64,000 nucleotides of DNA from Leucoraja ocellata (GCA_036785375.1 JAWMAR010000049.1:10292001-10356000), one strand, 5' to 3'; counted from the stretch's first letter, positions 26,239 through 38,500 are shown. Notes: a model not told the origin generated them from the sequence alone. Translations and numbers: made by a program.

Positions 26239-26689
26239 CTGTGGGAAGGGAAGAAAACAGTTTGGTGAGGCTCAGCATGCAAATACGCACATCACACAAA
26301 GAAACTGCAGTAGCAACTAAAACATTCAAAATGTGATGCAAATTTCTGGCTGACAACTGGGCATATGTTACACACTGGAATAATACATTCAAAGTCATGA
26401 CAGGAGACCAAACATGTCCCCACATATCTATGGCTCAAGGTTGGATAATGTTGGATGGCCAATTGAATTATGAGATAAAACCATGGCAGCACATGTGATG
26501 GGACTGTGGCAGTGTGTTCAGAGCACTGTAGTCCCCACAGAGCATCTCAGATTTTTTTCCAATAAAGAACCTTTAGAATGAGGTCTTACGACGTTTACTT
26601 TCAGCATGAAGATTCAGACTGCTACTAGAGTGCTTGGGTGTCAAGTTAGGGAAAGTAGCTTTTAGTTAGGATGGAGTCCCATCTTGCTA

Positions 26690-27068
26690 CTTTATAGAGA
26701 TGTGTAAGATCATGAGATGAATAGATCGGGTAGATGCACAAAGTCTCTTGCCCAGAGAAGGTGAATTGAGGACCAGGGGGCATAGGTTTAAGGTGAAGGG
26801 GAAACGATTTAATACGAATCTGAGGGGTAACTTTTTCACACAAAGGTTGGTGGATGTATGGAGCAAGCTGACAGAGGAGGTAGTTGAGGCAGGGACTATC
26901 CCAACATTTAAGAAACAGTTAGACAGGGACATGGATGTGACAGGTTTGGAGGGATATGGACCAAATGCTGGCAGGTGAGACTAGTGTAGCTGGGACATGT
27001 TGGCCGGTGTGGGCAAGTTGAGCCGAAGAGCCTGTTTCCACACTGTATCACTCTATGATTCTATGACT
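26690..27068 (+). mobile_element. CR1-type LINE 3' end
   Basis: ORF RTRGHRFKVKGKRFNTNLRGNFFTQRLVDVWSKL...FKKQLDRDM. Confidence 0.9.
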
Positions 27069-28189
27069 CAGTGACCAGTTGCAGACAGGCATCGCATAAG
27101 ACTTCAGGGCTTTTATTACAAGCATGAGATCTGCTTCTCACAGATTAACAGCCAGCACCAATGGTTTGCCCAGACTATACAGTGGGTGGCAGAGCCAACA
27201 CAACAGAACATGCATGCTGCCTCCATGCTTCCCTCTGCCAGGGCATTGAGGTGACAATCAGTGTTTCCGTTCAGCACATGGTCCATCTTAAGGCTCGGTT
27301 TGTCATAAATAGGCACAGCATCAAATCAAAAACACATCTTAACACACAGCAGCCAAGCTCTCAAGACAGCATTTGGAAGAAGCATGGAATTCAAGCAGCA
27401 ATCATCAAGCCTTAGAATATCTGCAATTCAACAATAGTACGGAGATTGTGTCAAAATGGACAAAAATAAACCAGTAGTAGAGGACAATGCACCTGTAACT
27501 TGCTTTGTGTATCTGTGCACAACTGCTTAGCTGTTAAGATTGTCAGGTTGAAATGATGCCAGCATACAAGTCCAATGCTGGTGGTCAGTGCAGAAGCCAC
27601 TGGTAGGATGTAGGATTTGGAGGAAGTGGGCTGTTGACTTGCTAACACTATGGCATCGTCTAGGTACTCATTTAAAAGGCAAAGCTTCCTCAGACATGAT
27701 CTATCAGTCAGTTGCTTCTGTTCACGTTATATGGTGTGACAATATTGGCAACTGGTGCTATATGCCTGTAACTATTCTCTCCCAGAGGGAAAAAGGATGT
27801 CGTGCTTACATAACTGCTAAATCCAGGTTTCAACCATCATTTTAGATGCACTAATATTTTTCTGTTTAGTTTTAATGAGCATATATTTCTCCTTTTTCTG
27901 AATTTTGTTGCATTTCTTTTCAGCAACTATTATAAAACTTTATAATTACTCTTACTTTTCCTGGAATAAATAGGAATTGAAGATGCTCAAACATCTCCTG
28001 GACTATTTGTCCATCATCACTATCCCCTTTATATATTTTAAATAATTGCAAGTCATGTTAAACATGCCTTTCTGACCTGCGTAGTATGGCCGAATAATTA
28101 GGAAAATTCACTGTTTGCTGTTCTAATAAAACTTTCAACCAATTATGCTAAAAATATTAATAAATCGTCTAAGAATTTCATAAGAGTTT

Positions 28190-29320
28190 TTTGAGTTTCT
28201 AGAGGCGGTAACAAAGGAGATGGATGAAGACAGGGATTTTACATGCCGTTTAAATTGACTTTTGTAAGGCATTTGATAAGGTCCCATGTGGTAGGCTATT
28301 GCAGAAGGTTAATGCACATGGGATTCATGGTGAGCTGGCTAATTGGATCCCAAATTGGGGGTGGTGGAAAGATGTTTTTCTGATTGGAACTCAGTGACCA
28401 GTGGTGTACCGCATGGGTCGATGCTGGGACCTTTGCTGTTTGTGATATATATTAATGACTAGTGTGTTTGTGTGGGAGGTATGATTAGTAGGATTGCGGA
28501 TACACAAAAATCGGTGGTGTAACGAATAGCAAGGAAGCTTGTCTAAGACTACAACAGGATTTAAATCAGATGAAAAGTTGGGAAGAGGATTAACGGTTGG
28601 AATTTAACCCCAACAAGTTTGAGGTAATGAATTTTGGGAAGTCAAGCAGGGGCAGGTTAAATGTTTGGAGACTTAAGGAATACTGATAAACAGAGGTCTA
28701 GGGGTCCAAGTCCATTGTTCCCCAAAAATGGCACGCAGATCAATAGGGTGGTGAATAATGCATAGAACATGAGGCTTCAGTGGCGGGGCATGGAATGTAA
28801 AAGTTTGGATGTTTTGTGGGAATTTTACAAGACACTGATTAAGCTGCGTGAAGTACAGTATTTTTGCGCAGTTCCTATTGCCACACTTGAGGAAGCATGT
28901 GATTGCACTGGTGAGTGCAGAGGAGATTCATCAGGATTGGAGGACATTAGTTATGGGGAGAGAGTGAATAGACCAGGCTTGTTTTCCCTGAACAAAGGAG
29001 ACCAAAGGATGACCTGATAGAAGCATATAAGATTCTGAGGGATACAGAGAGATTATGAGGGTAGATAGTCCACAACCTTTTCTCATGGTAGGGCGTGAAT
29101 TTTAAGGCGAGAAGATGGAGCTTTGAGATTGATATCTCAAACATGCTGCCATAGGAGGTGGTTGGATCAGATTAAATGACTACATTTAAGAGGCATTTAG
29201 ACATAATTTAAATAAGCAAGCACAGAGTGATACAGTCCTAAAGTCAGATTAGTGTAAATCGCAAAAAGGTTGGCATGGATGTTTTGGCAGAAGGGCCTAC
29301 TTTTATGCTGTGCAACTCTA
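28190..29320 (+). mobile_element. Decayed CR1-type LINE (RT region to 3' end)
   Basis: Motifs DFCKAFDKVP and SGVPHGSMLGPLLFVIYIND are recognisable among stops and frameshifts. Confidence 0.85.
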
Positions 29321-31780
29321 AGAGTTTTTATATTCACACCCTATACCATCAAGGCTGCAATGATGGGAAATAATAATTTCTCGGTGTCCTACTACCTGTA
29401 TATCCTAGAGACTAATTCTGACATAGTTGTAAAAATTAACCAGAAGTTTCTCTGCTTATTTTCATCAGCCCAATTAGGTGAATTTCTCCAAACCAACTAA
29501 AAAATAGTAGATTTAATTTGAGAGAACTATCACCAATTTCCACCCACAAAACCACATCTTATCCCTACACACATACATGCAAGCAGAGCTGATTAGCAGT
29601 GATTATGTTAGTTAAGGATGGCACTTCAATTTATGCTCATAGAAATCTAATTTTTTTTTCATTTTTAATAGATCACATTTTTAATTAAACTAACTACGAA
29701 GCTATTGGCCGCACACTGATGAAATGATTCAGTCAAGGCTATAAAAGATATGTTTATTGACTGTATCAGATTCCCAGAGATGGAAGAGTGGACCCATATT
29801 AAAAATTTCTATTCTGATGAAAAATCCATTTTAAATGGTATTAATAAAAATGCCCTAAAGTTATTTCTTGGTGTAGTTGATGAAAAAGAGATAAACGTTC
29901 TGTTCTACTGCCCAACTGCCCTTCATTGAAGATTTTAATTTAAACAGGCTTGCACAATGAACCACCAAAATTAAACCTTGGGCATGGTTGCCTGATTGCC
30001 TAACCCAAACTGATCAGTAATTTATGTTCTAACATATGTAACAAACAATAGAATTTGGTTTTTAATCTAAAACAGGCTGCAGCTTATGAATTGTATTTGC
30101 TTATTTTGAATTGTTAATTAACAAGCTAGCATGTTTTTAGTAACAGAAGGCAGAACACTGGAAGAACTCAGTGGGTCATGCAATGTCCGTGGATGCAAGA
30201 GGGTAAGTAAATATCTCGGGTTGGGATTCTACATCAAATCCAGACCTGCCGGACTCTTTGAGTTCTGTTTATCGATCCAGATTCCAGCATCTGCCATCTC
30301 CTTTGTCCTCTAACATTTCTTTATGTTTCAAACCCATTCCCCATAAGACAATTTTTTAATCAATTAATTAATGAATGATCAGGCTCAGCAGCATTCTTAC
30401 CATTCAGTGACATTTGGTGAACTCACACCTATCAACAGAGTTTTATTTCGATTTGAAGTACATGTATCCTTGATTGCTTGCATTAGAATAAATGGCAATA
30501 ATGCTACTGTAATAGATGTATGCGAATCAGAATGATTAAATTATAATAAATACACTATGGATATACGGATTGTTGGAATAGATGAAAATATGATAAATTA
30601 GTGGCATTAATTGGATTGTATGGAAGCCAATTAAGTGAGGACAAAACTGAGGTAGATTTTGCTACGTGTAATCTTTAGCTTGATTGGCTCCAGATAGGTT
30701 GGGCTGGAATTAATATCAAGTAGCAGAATAAATGAGTTGAGATTGATTTGAGGTAGATTATAGTGGACAGATTTTAATAGAAATGATTCAATTATACTGA
30801 CTGCTTCTGCCCACATCTGCAGAATGAATATTTCTTATCTGTTGATTGTAAAACTTCAAAAATGGCCCAGACTAAGTGACCTAGTCCAAAACCAAAAATA
30901 ATTGAGCAGATTTTAAAATAAACCAGTCAGCTCTTGCCCAGGGCTAATGCAGGAAGTAAAATAATAATAATGCTGTAACAACAAGGAAGCTTAATCGAGG
31001 CACGTGAGATATGTGGGTTTTTTTGTTGTTGGATGGAGACCTTGCCTTACACAAGGCCTTGACAACTGGTGAAAATGGGTGATACATACAGTGGCCAAGA
31101 AAATGGAAAATAAAACAGAAGTTGACAGCTGTGTTGTGCTGGCCTGTTATATACAGTTGGGCAAATAACATTGGATTGATTTTATTCAAAATGATTAAAT
31201 TTAGATAGATTATAACAGAGTGAATTATATCAGGATAGGTTTATTTATAAGACACTGCAGCGGTATTGATTTGACAAGGACATATTAAATTCCCCGATGG
31301 GAGGGATGCAATAAATAAATACTACTGGACAAATTGCACCATCTGAGATTAGATCCTACTCATTGATTTATATTGGAGATAGATTTAAACAGGCAATGCA
31401 TCATTTAGGCATGATGGATGTCAGGGGTTATGAGGAAAAGGCAGGAGAATGGGGTTAGGAGGGAGAGATACATAAGGAATATGTACAGGGAATAAATTGC
31501 ACTGAATTAGATGCTGTTAATATTAGCAAAGTCTCAAGATAGATGGCAAGAGGAAAATAATGGTTGATTGGTTTCTCCTCTGTTCTCCACCATGTCATTG
31601 TATGATTGTTAAGTCACTGTGTGCAAGTCCTGCCTCACAATTCTTCCAATCCCTCTGTAAATGGAGCTGGCAAAATGTCACATTATATTAGCTTGTATAA
31701 ATGACAGATGGTGTATTGGCTGCTTTTGGGATCAGAGGTATGAATGAAAATGGCCTTTCCAGACAATGGGCATGAAAGAC

Positions 31781-31996
31781 TGTGTCGGAAAGAACTGCAG
31801 ATATTGGTTTAAATCGAAGGTAGCCACAAAATGCTGGAGCACCCCAGCGGGACAGGCAGCATCTCTGGAGAGAAGGAATGGGTGACGTTTTGGGTTAAGA
31901 TCAGTCTGAAGAAGGGTCTTGACCCGAAATGTCACCCATTTCTTCTCTCCAGAGACGTTCCCTATCCCACTGAGCAACTCCAGCATTTTGTGTCTC
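31781..31996. mobile_element. Penelope-derived foldback element, 12-bp TSD, hammerhead-like core
   Basis: GGCATGAAAGAC duplicated at 31769-31780 and 31997-32008; CTGAAGA-A-GGGTC-TT-GACCC-GAAA-TGTC at 31906-31933. Confidence 0.85.
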
Positions 31997-32975
31997 GGCA
32001 TGAAAGACCCACTGAATGTAGTAAATGTCAATACTAAGAAGTGTACGCATCTCTCCCAGGGTCCCACACCAAAAATGTTGCTTGACCTCATATTATTCTT
32101 AACCGACACTCTTTAACATACATCACAGAATCGGCTGATGCATGTGTTCTCTGCATCACACACCACTCATCACGAACTATACCTCGCAGTGTGTTACTGT
32201 GCAATGTTGTGAATAGATTAACATATTCACAAAGGTAAGCTTACATCATCGCCCAATTTTCATGTATCTATTTGAGATGTCAGATCACTTTCTTCACTTA
32301 GTTTTTACTTCTACTTTCATCAAAAAGATGTTCTGATTTTTTACAATGTGGGACAAATAATAATTGCTGAAACATAGTTTCACCCTGGCAAACAACAGCA
32401 ATGAGATGGGGAAAGTGATTGCAAGGTTTATAGTGTACATTATGATCTAAGTTTACATCTAAGTTATAGAGAGTTATATGCAGCACAGGATCGCATGCTC
32501 CTGGACGCTATTTTTAACGTGCCTCTAGAATATCTTGTTTCTGATTTATAAATGTTTGAGTTACACCTTTTAAATACGTGAAAAACTGTGCAGCAACATA
32601 ATGCAATGTGTGCACTTCTGAACTGTCGAAATTTCCTGAGGTGAAGAAAGCAGTTACATTTCTGTGAAAGACTCACAGTCCCAGAGCCAATTATAATATG
32701 TGAAGCGTACGGCCCTTATAATTGTTATCACTGACAGTCATAAAGCCAGTCGTGTGTGCAGAATATATAACCCTCATAAATCTTATTACAGCATGGGGCC
32801 CCCTCGGTGGGAGGGAAGTCGACCAACTGATGGAGTAACAATTATAGACACACACGTGCACAATGAGATGAATACAGGGTTGCAAAACTTTTTTTTTGTA
32901 CGGTCTCTTGTGATGGAATTGGGGACGCACAGTGAGGTCATCACGCATGCAGGGTTGTTGACGTGCACTACTCAC

Positions 32976-33086
32976 CCGGCGCGCTTTACTCTGGTACTTA
33001 ACCGCCTTTTTTGTGTCAGACACTGCCCTCTCTACGTAGTCAACTGAGTGCTCGACGTTGTATTCGATCCTGTCTATCATCTCTCC
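32976..33086 (-). CDS. STX1A: Exon 9b: canonical STX1 C-half of the SNARE motif
   Basis: gcccag|GGA GAG ATG ATA...CGC CGG|gtgagt; 111 nt; encodes [37 protein letters not shown]. Confidence 0.97.
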
Positions 33087-33162
33087 CTGGGCATCGAGGA
33101 AAGAGCAGACACGCATGAAAGTAACAGAGGTGCTTCGGCGGCCATTCTCCCGAGTCACTTAC

Positions 33163-33273
33163 CCGCCGGCTGGTACTCTTAAAATTAACTGCTTTTTTTG
33201 TGTTCTCCTTCGCGTCGCCTATGTAATCCGTTGCATTAACAACGTTCCTCTCAATGCTGTTGACCACATCACC
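33163..33273 (-). CDS. STX1A: Alternative exon 9a: divergent, STX2-like C-half of the SNARE motif
   Basis: ttctccttctgtttcag|GGT GAT GTG...CGG CGG|gtaagt; 111 nt, phase 0-0, no stops; encodes [37 protein letters not shown]. Confidence 0.85.
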
Positions 33274-36192
33274 CTGAAACAGAAGGAGAAAGATTCACTC
33301 TTCCCGAAAAGCCCCTGGTATCCCACGGAATTATATCACAAGCATCAAACTGAACTGAACATATCTGACAGCATTGTCCTTGAAGGGTGGGGGGCAATGT
33401 GAAGTGAAGCGTCAAAGAGGCCCCACACTGCCACCCTGCATGCTTTTCTGTTGCAAAGAGCCATTCCTCTATTCATGTGGGCACCACTAATGGCTTATTT
33501 GAATAGCAACACAGCATAAAAGCCTTACCCCACAATAACATAATGAGGCACTTATTCTCCCAAGGACTTACTCATCAGAACATCCAATAACTCCCACATA
33601 GAAACCTGATGAAATCAACCAAGGTATGGGTTGGTTTTGAGTCTCCAGATAATCTTCTTGTTTACCAAATGGAGCATTTTCAGATTGTCATCTTTGCTGT
33701 TCAGGGATTTTAAACTGGAATGAATTTCCTCAGAGAATTTCACTGGAGAAGCAGGGGTCTCTGTAAATATTTCTTGTCCCTCTCCCCCCCCCCCCCCCCA
33801 AATTTCCTCAGGTGCAAAGTTCATGGATAAGAAGCAAAGAGCTGTTTTGTTCAGCCTCCGTGAGGTGCCATCCTGAATACTTTGGGAATAATAGAGTTGC
33901 TTCCTGACATTCCACCTTCCCATCTGTCTCCCAGTGTCCCAAAACCCTTCTTGAATGCAGCCGACATATTTAAAATACCAATTTCGCCCTGACCACCAAC
34001 ACCAATTAAGCTTTTAGCTGCTGTTATCTGTTACTATGGGTGTCAGAGGTTACGGGGCGAAGGCAGGAGAGAGATAGATCAGTCAAGATCGAATGGCGGA
34101 GTAGACTTGATGGGCCAAATGGCCTAATTCTAAAGGTTCCTAACATGAGGCTATCTGCTTGAATAATCTCCCCCTTTAGTCAACACCAGGCTTCCATAAG
34201 ATCTCAGCACGCTGTGTGCGTGGATCCTGTCCAATGTTTGGCATTGGAGATCATGGTGGGTTGATGTGAACTGAGGACAGGGTGGAATGGCAGGCTAAAT
34301 TACCCTTGCTGATGTTGGCTATTTCTTATTCATGCACCAACTAAGATTCTGACTCCTGGTAGCTTGAGAATGAGCGCAGCAGTGAGATTGCTTCCTCAGC
34401 CTTGTCCCTGGACTCATCATATTCCAATAGTGAGTTATTATCTTTACCCAGCAGCTCTGGTGTAAGTCACAACAGATGAGAGAGCAGTGGGGGGGGGGGG
34501 GGTTTCGTGTTCAGATAGGCCAAGAAGCCAAGCACATCTTACATTGCTGCACCTTTGATTTTCTTTACACGCTTTACCACGTTTCAAGAGTCCAATATCA
34601 TGCGTGTGGTTGGAAGTACATGCAATCATGCAAAGCTGCACTGTTACTGCATGCTACAGAATGCGTTACCTGCAGGACTCCACCGTCCAGTCCAGGGTAT
34701 TAGCAGCAGGAGAAAACAGAGGCTGTTACCAGCAATAGGAAGAATAGACTCGCAGTCAGAGCCTCACGGTGAATTGTGAATTAATGCAACAGAGCTCTTT
34801 GCAACTCTTATTAGATCTTTGCTCTTCTTGACTTTGATATCATTTCCCATACGTCACAGTCCCTTCAGTCCACACATCAGATACCTCGTTTCTAACCTTT
34901 GGACAGAAGGTTGCTGAGATGGGGGCAGAAAGCGAGGGAAGGGAAGGAAGGGGGCAGACACTTGGAGTGAGAAGTCTTTGCAAGTGGTTAGATGGTGTGA
35001 TCAACAAATAGAAGTGGGATGGTGGGGGACTGGCAGTGCAAGGACAGAGGCAGCTCCAGGAATGTCTTGGGGGCACTTTACGAAGCAAAGATTCTGCCGG
35101 GGAATCAGCTGACCTGCCCTTGGCTCTGTGGTAGCACGTTTGGTTCTACGTGAGGCATTATAGAGCTTCACCTATCCTCCGCCAAGGATCGTCTCAAACA
35201 ATAAACAGGAAGTTGATTGGCAACTTTCACAAAAAGGACAGTGCCTCAAATCAGAGACGAGGGATGTGAAAGAAGAGGAGGGCTGGGAATGGGAAGAGCC
35301 ACAGCTATATGGTACTGATCATGTACAGGGAGATTACTGCACCACTTTGAGAAGCAGGTGATATCTCTTGTTTGCAGGATTGATGGTGAGACCATGATGG
35401 AAGAACTAATTCACTTCCCAGTCTAGTGTGGTGGATCAGTGGTTAGCTGGGTTGGATCACTGAAAATCAAGTGTACAATGCCTCACATGACCAACGAGGC
35501 AAACTCCCTTTCCAGTGCATATAAAGTCATGCAGTCCAGGTTCCCTCAAGTCTTGTCATCTTGGGGTACTGGTAAAAGGAGACTACTTAGACTTGCCATT
35601 GGCAACTTTGGAGGGTATTAGTGGTTATCAGAGAAACCTAGAAGGAAGGTGCAGCGTAGTCTAAAAACTAAACACATGGTCAATGGGTTACACGCCAGTA
35701 AATTACATTTTAGGTTGGCTTTCTGTGTATTTTTGAATGTTAAGTGTGTCAAGGAATATAGGCTTGGATAGGAGAGTGAACAGTCTTGGATAGGAGAGTG
35801 GACAGTCATATCCTATTGACAATTGGCACATACTCACAGTACTCTACGACCTACTCTTGCTTTAAGGGATTGCTCTTGGTCTTATGCTCTTGTTTTATAG
35901 GTTATGCTCTTAAACAGAGATTTTTTTTTCCGTGCAACACGCAGAATGCTTGAACACTAGTCAATGAGCAGAGACTTCAAAAACTGAAGTGATAATTCTT
36001 CAACGCACAATTCTTGTCGAATCAAAGTTATTAAGGCAGTTAAAATCAGCAATAACAAGGAATCATCAAGTTTTGTTTTACACTCAATCCACGATGACAG
36101 AGTAAGATGGACCTTTTCTCGGTTTAGATAACTGGTAGTTCCTGCCACACAGATTCAAAATGAGATCTTTCTCTGTTTGATCCACATCTTAC

Positions 36193-36330
36193 CTGGCTTT
36201 CCACCAGCATTGCCATGTCCATGAACATATCGTGCAGCTCGCGAATACAGTTCTCCAGTTTGATGATCTCATGATGTCGCGTTTCAATCTCATTTAGAGC
36301 CTGCTTCGTGATGTTGGAATCCATTATGAT
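36193..36330 (-). CDS. STX1A: STX1A exon 8 (N-half of SNARE motif, ending at zero-layer Gln)
   Basis: tctcttctcttctcttag|ATC ATA ATG GAT...AGC CAG|gtaaga; 138 nt; encodes [46 protein letters not shown]. Confidence 0.97.
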
Positions 36331-37380
36331 CTAAGAGAAGAGAAGAGAAAACCATGCAGAATCAGCTGACCAGCCAGGCATCACAGAACATATATGGGTG
36401 TGAACAAATACTACAAATCCTCGAAGTTACTTTCAATCTGTAGTCTGAACGGTTTAGAGGCAGACGGTGACAAAATCAGCGAAGGAAAAAAAAAACCCCA
36501 TAAACAGATTTTTGCCATTCCATCTGGACTTCCACATGTGGCATCGTCCTGGTACAGGGCATGGTATTTTTTAAATCATTTGGCATCGGTTTCATTTTAC
36601 ATTGTTTTAGCTACGTCTACATTCCAGGGTTAGACACTTAGTATTTTGCTCTGCAGTTCCATGTATCTTCTCATTCCTAGAGTTAAAGGACTGGAAATTC
36701 TCCTTAAACTAGCAGTCTTGATGGGGTTAAAAAAAAAAATGCTGGAGGAACTCGACAAGTCAGGCAGCACCTATGGAGGGAATGGACAGATGACATATGG
36801 GTTCGGGACCCTTCTGATGATGTGTTTACTCTTGCTTTATCTTTAGGACTGTGTATCTTTTCTCCTTACAAAGACTGCATCTCCATTCACATGTTTAAGA
36901 AAGAACTGCAGATGCTGGAAAAATCGAAGGTAGACAAAAATGCTGGAGAAATCTCCATTCTCATTATCTATACTACTGGGTTTTCGGATTCTGCCAGAAA
37001 TACCCTGCAACACATTCCATCAAACGACAAGGCAAAAGGTGAATCCTGTCAAATCCACTCATTACAGACAGTCTGGTTGGCTTAGCAACATTGTGGAAGG
37101 ATAGGCATTAAAATTTCACTGGCCAACCTGTAGCTCCTTGTTCCACAGCCCACCAGACATTTGCTCGTACCCTTGAGCAGCCAAAACTGTTACTGCAATA
37201 ATTTGTGTCTGGTTCCCCCGAGGATGTTGAAGCTGAGAGATTCGGCAATAATAAAGCACTTGAATATCAAGGAGTCGTGGCTTTATTGGAAACGACAGTT
37301 CCTCAACACCTGTGTGATATGAATATTATTTGCCACCGAACAGCCCAAGCCTGAATATTGTTACGGTCCAGTTGCAAGTA

Positions 37381-38136
37381 GGGCCTGTCCCACTTAGGCG
37401 ACTTTTTAGGCGAGTGCAGGAAACTCTGCGCTCGCCTCATGATCACCACATGTTCGCTGGTGGTCTCTGGTGAGTCTCCTTCATGGTCGGGAGGAGTTCC
37501 CGCATTCTGGGAACTAGTCGCAGCCTCAATATGGTTGCCACAAATATTTCAACATGTTGAAATATTTTCTGCTATCAAAAATTGTTCGCCGTGGAGAAAA
37601 TCGATAATCCTGTAGTCGTCGGTGCAGTTGTAGTGGGGTCGCCATGTAGTTATACGTAGTCGAGGTAGTCGTAGGTAGTTTTAGTTAATTGCCTTTGCTG
37701 ACCGGTCATTTTCATTGGCTCATTGAAGAAAAAAACGTAAGCACGAATTTTCAGAACCAAGGATAACCGACCGGTAATGTTAAATGCCCGCCAAACTTCG
37801 CAGCTGTGTATATCTGGCTTATTAAAAGTTGTCTGGCTTCTTAAAAGTGTCTCCATTCCTTCTCCCCCCTCTTTTAAAGGACTTACCGTACACTGTGCTA
37901 ACAGTCTTAACCTTCCTGTTCATCGCGGTGTGCGTCTGTATGACCATGGCTTTGCACCGTGTGAATTTCAGACAGCGCTCCCCCGCTTTCCCTGGCCCCT
38001 GCCTTTGTGATGTGTTTGTGTGCGTGTTTGTTCCACTCTGATAGTCGCCTTTCCAGTTCCCGGTTTTTCAGGCGAGTGCCGCGAACTTGACAGTCGCCGG
38101 CAGTCCGCTGAAAAATTGCCTAAGTGGGACAGGCCC
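37381..38136. mobile_element. MITE with ~26-bp TIRs (PIF/Harbinger-like)
   Basis: GGGCCTGTCCCACTTAGGCGACTTTTT at 37381 versus AAAAATTGCCTAAGTGGGACAGGCCC ending 38136; no ORF; TSD not clear. Confidence 0.8.
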
Positions 38137-38209
38137 TTGTGGCTATTGAGTGATCCATTATCTATGAAACTGAGAAATCAACAGTAAACCTGTCCATTTC
38201 TGATAAAGC

Positions 38210-38500
38210 ACCCGTACAGTGGCGCAGCAGACGAGTTGTTGTTTTTCAGCTCCAGAGGCCTGGGTTAAATCTGACTACGGGTGCTGTCTGTATGGAGTTT
38301 GGCCTGTGACCGTGTGTGCTTTTTCCCAGGTGCTCTGCTTTCCTCCCACATTTCAGACATGCAATTTGGCAGGTTAATTGGCTTCTGTAAATTGTCCCCA
38401 GTGCGTAGGATAGAGCTGGTGTACAGGTGACCGTCGGTTGCCGTGGACCCAGTGGGCTGAAGGGCCTGTTGCCAAGCTGTATCCCTAAACCAAACTAAAC
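38210..38500 (+). mobile_element. V-SINE, near full length
   Basis: Head ACAGTGGCGCAGC, V-domain, and GGGCTGAAGGGCCTGTT..CTAAACCAAACTAAAC tail. Confidence 0.8.

Noticed and set aside
32691-33267. ORF-track proteins of 155 aa and 75 aa as stand-alone genes
   Set aside because: They are exons 9b and 9a read through into introns; splice sites define the true 111-nt exons.
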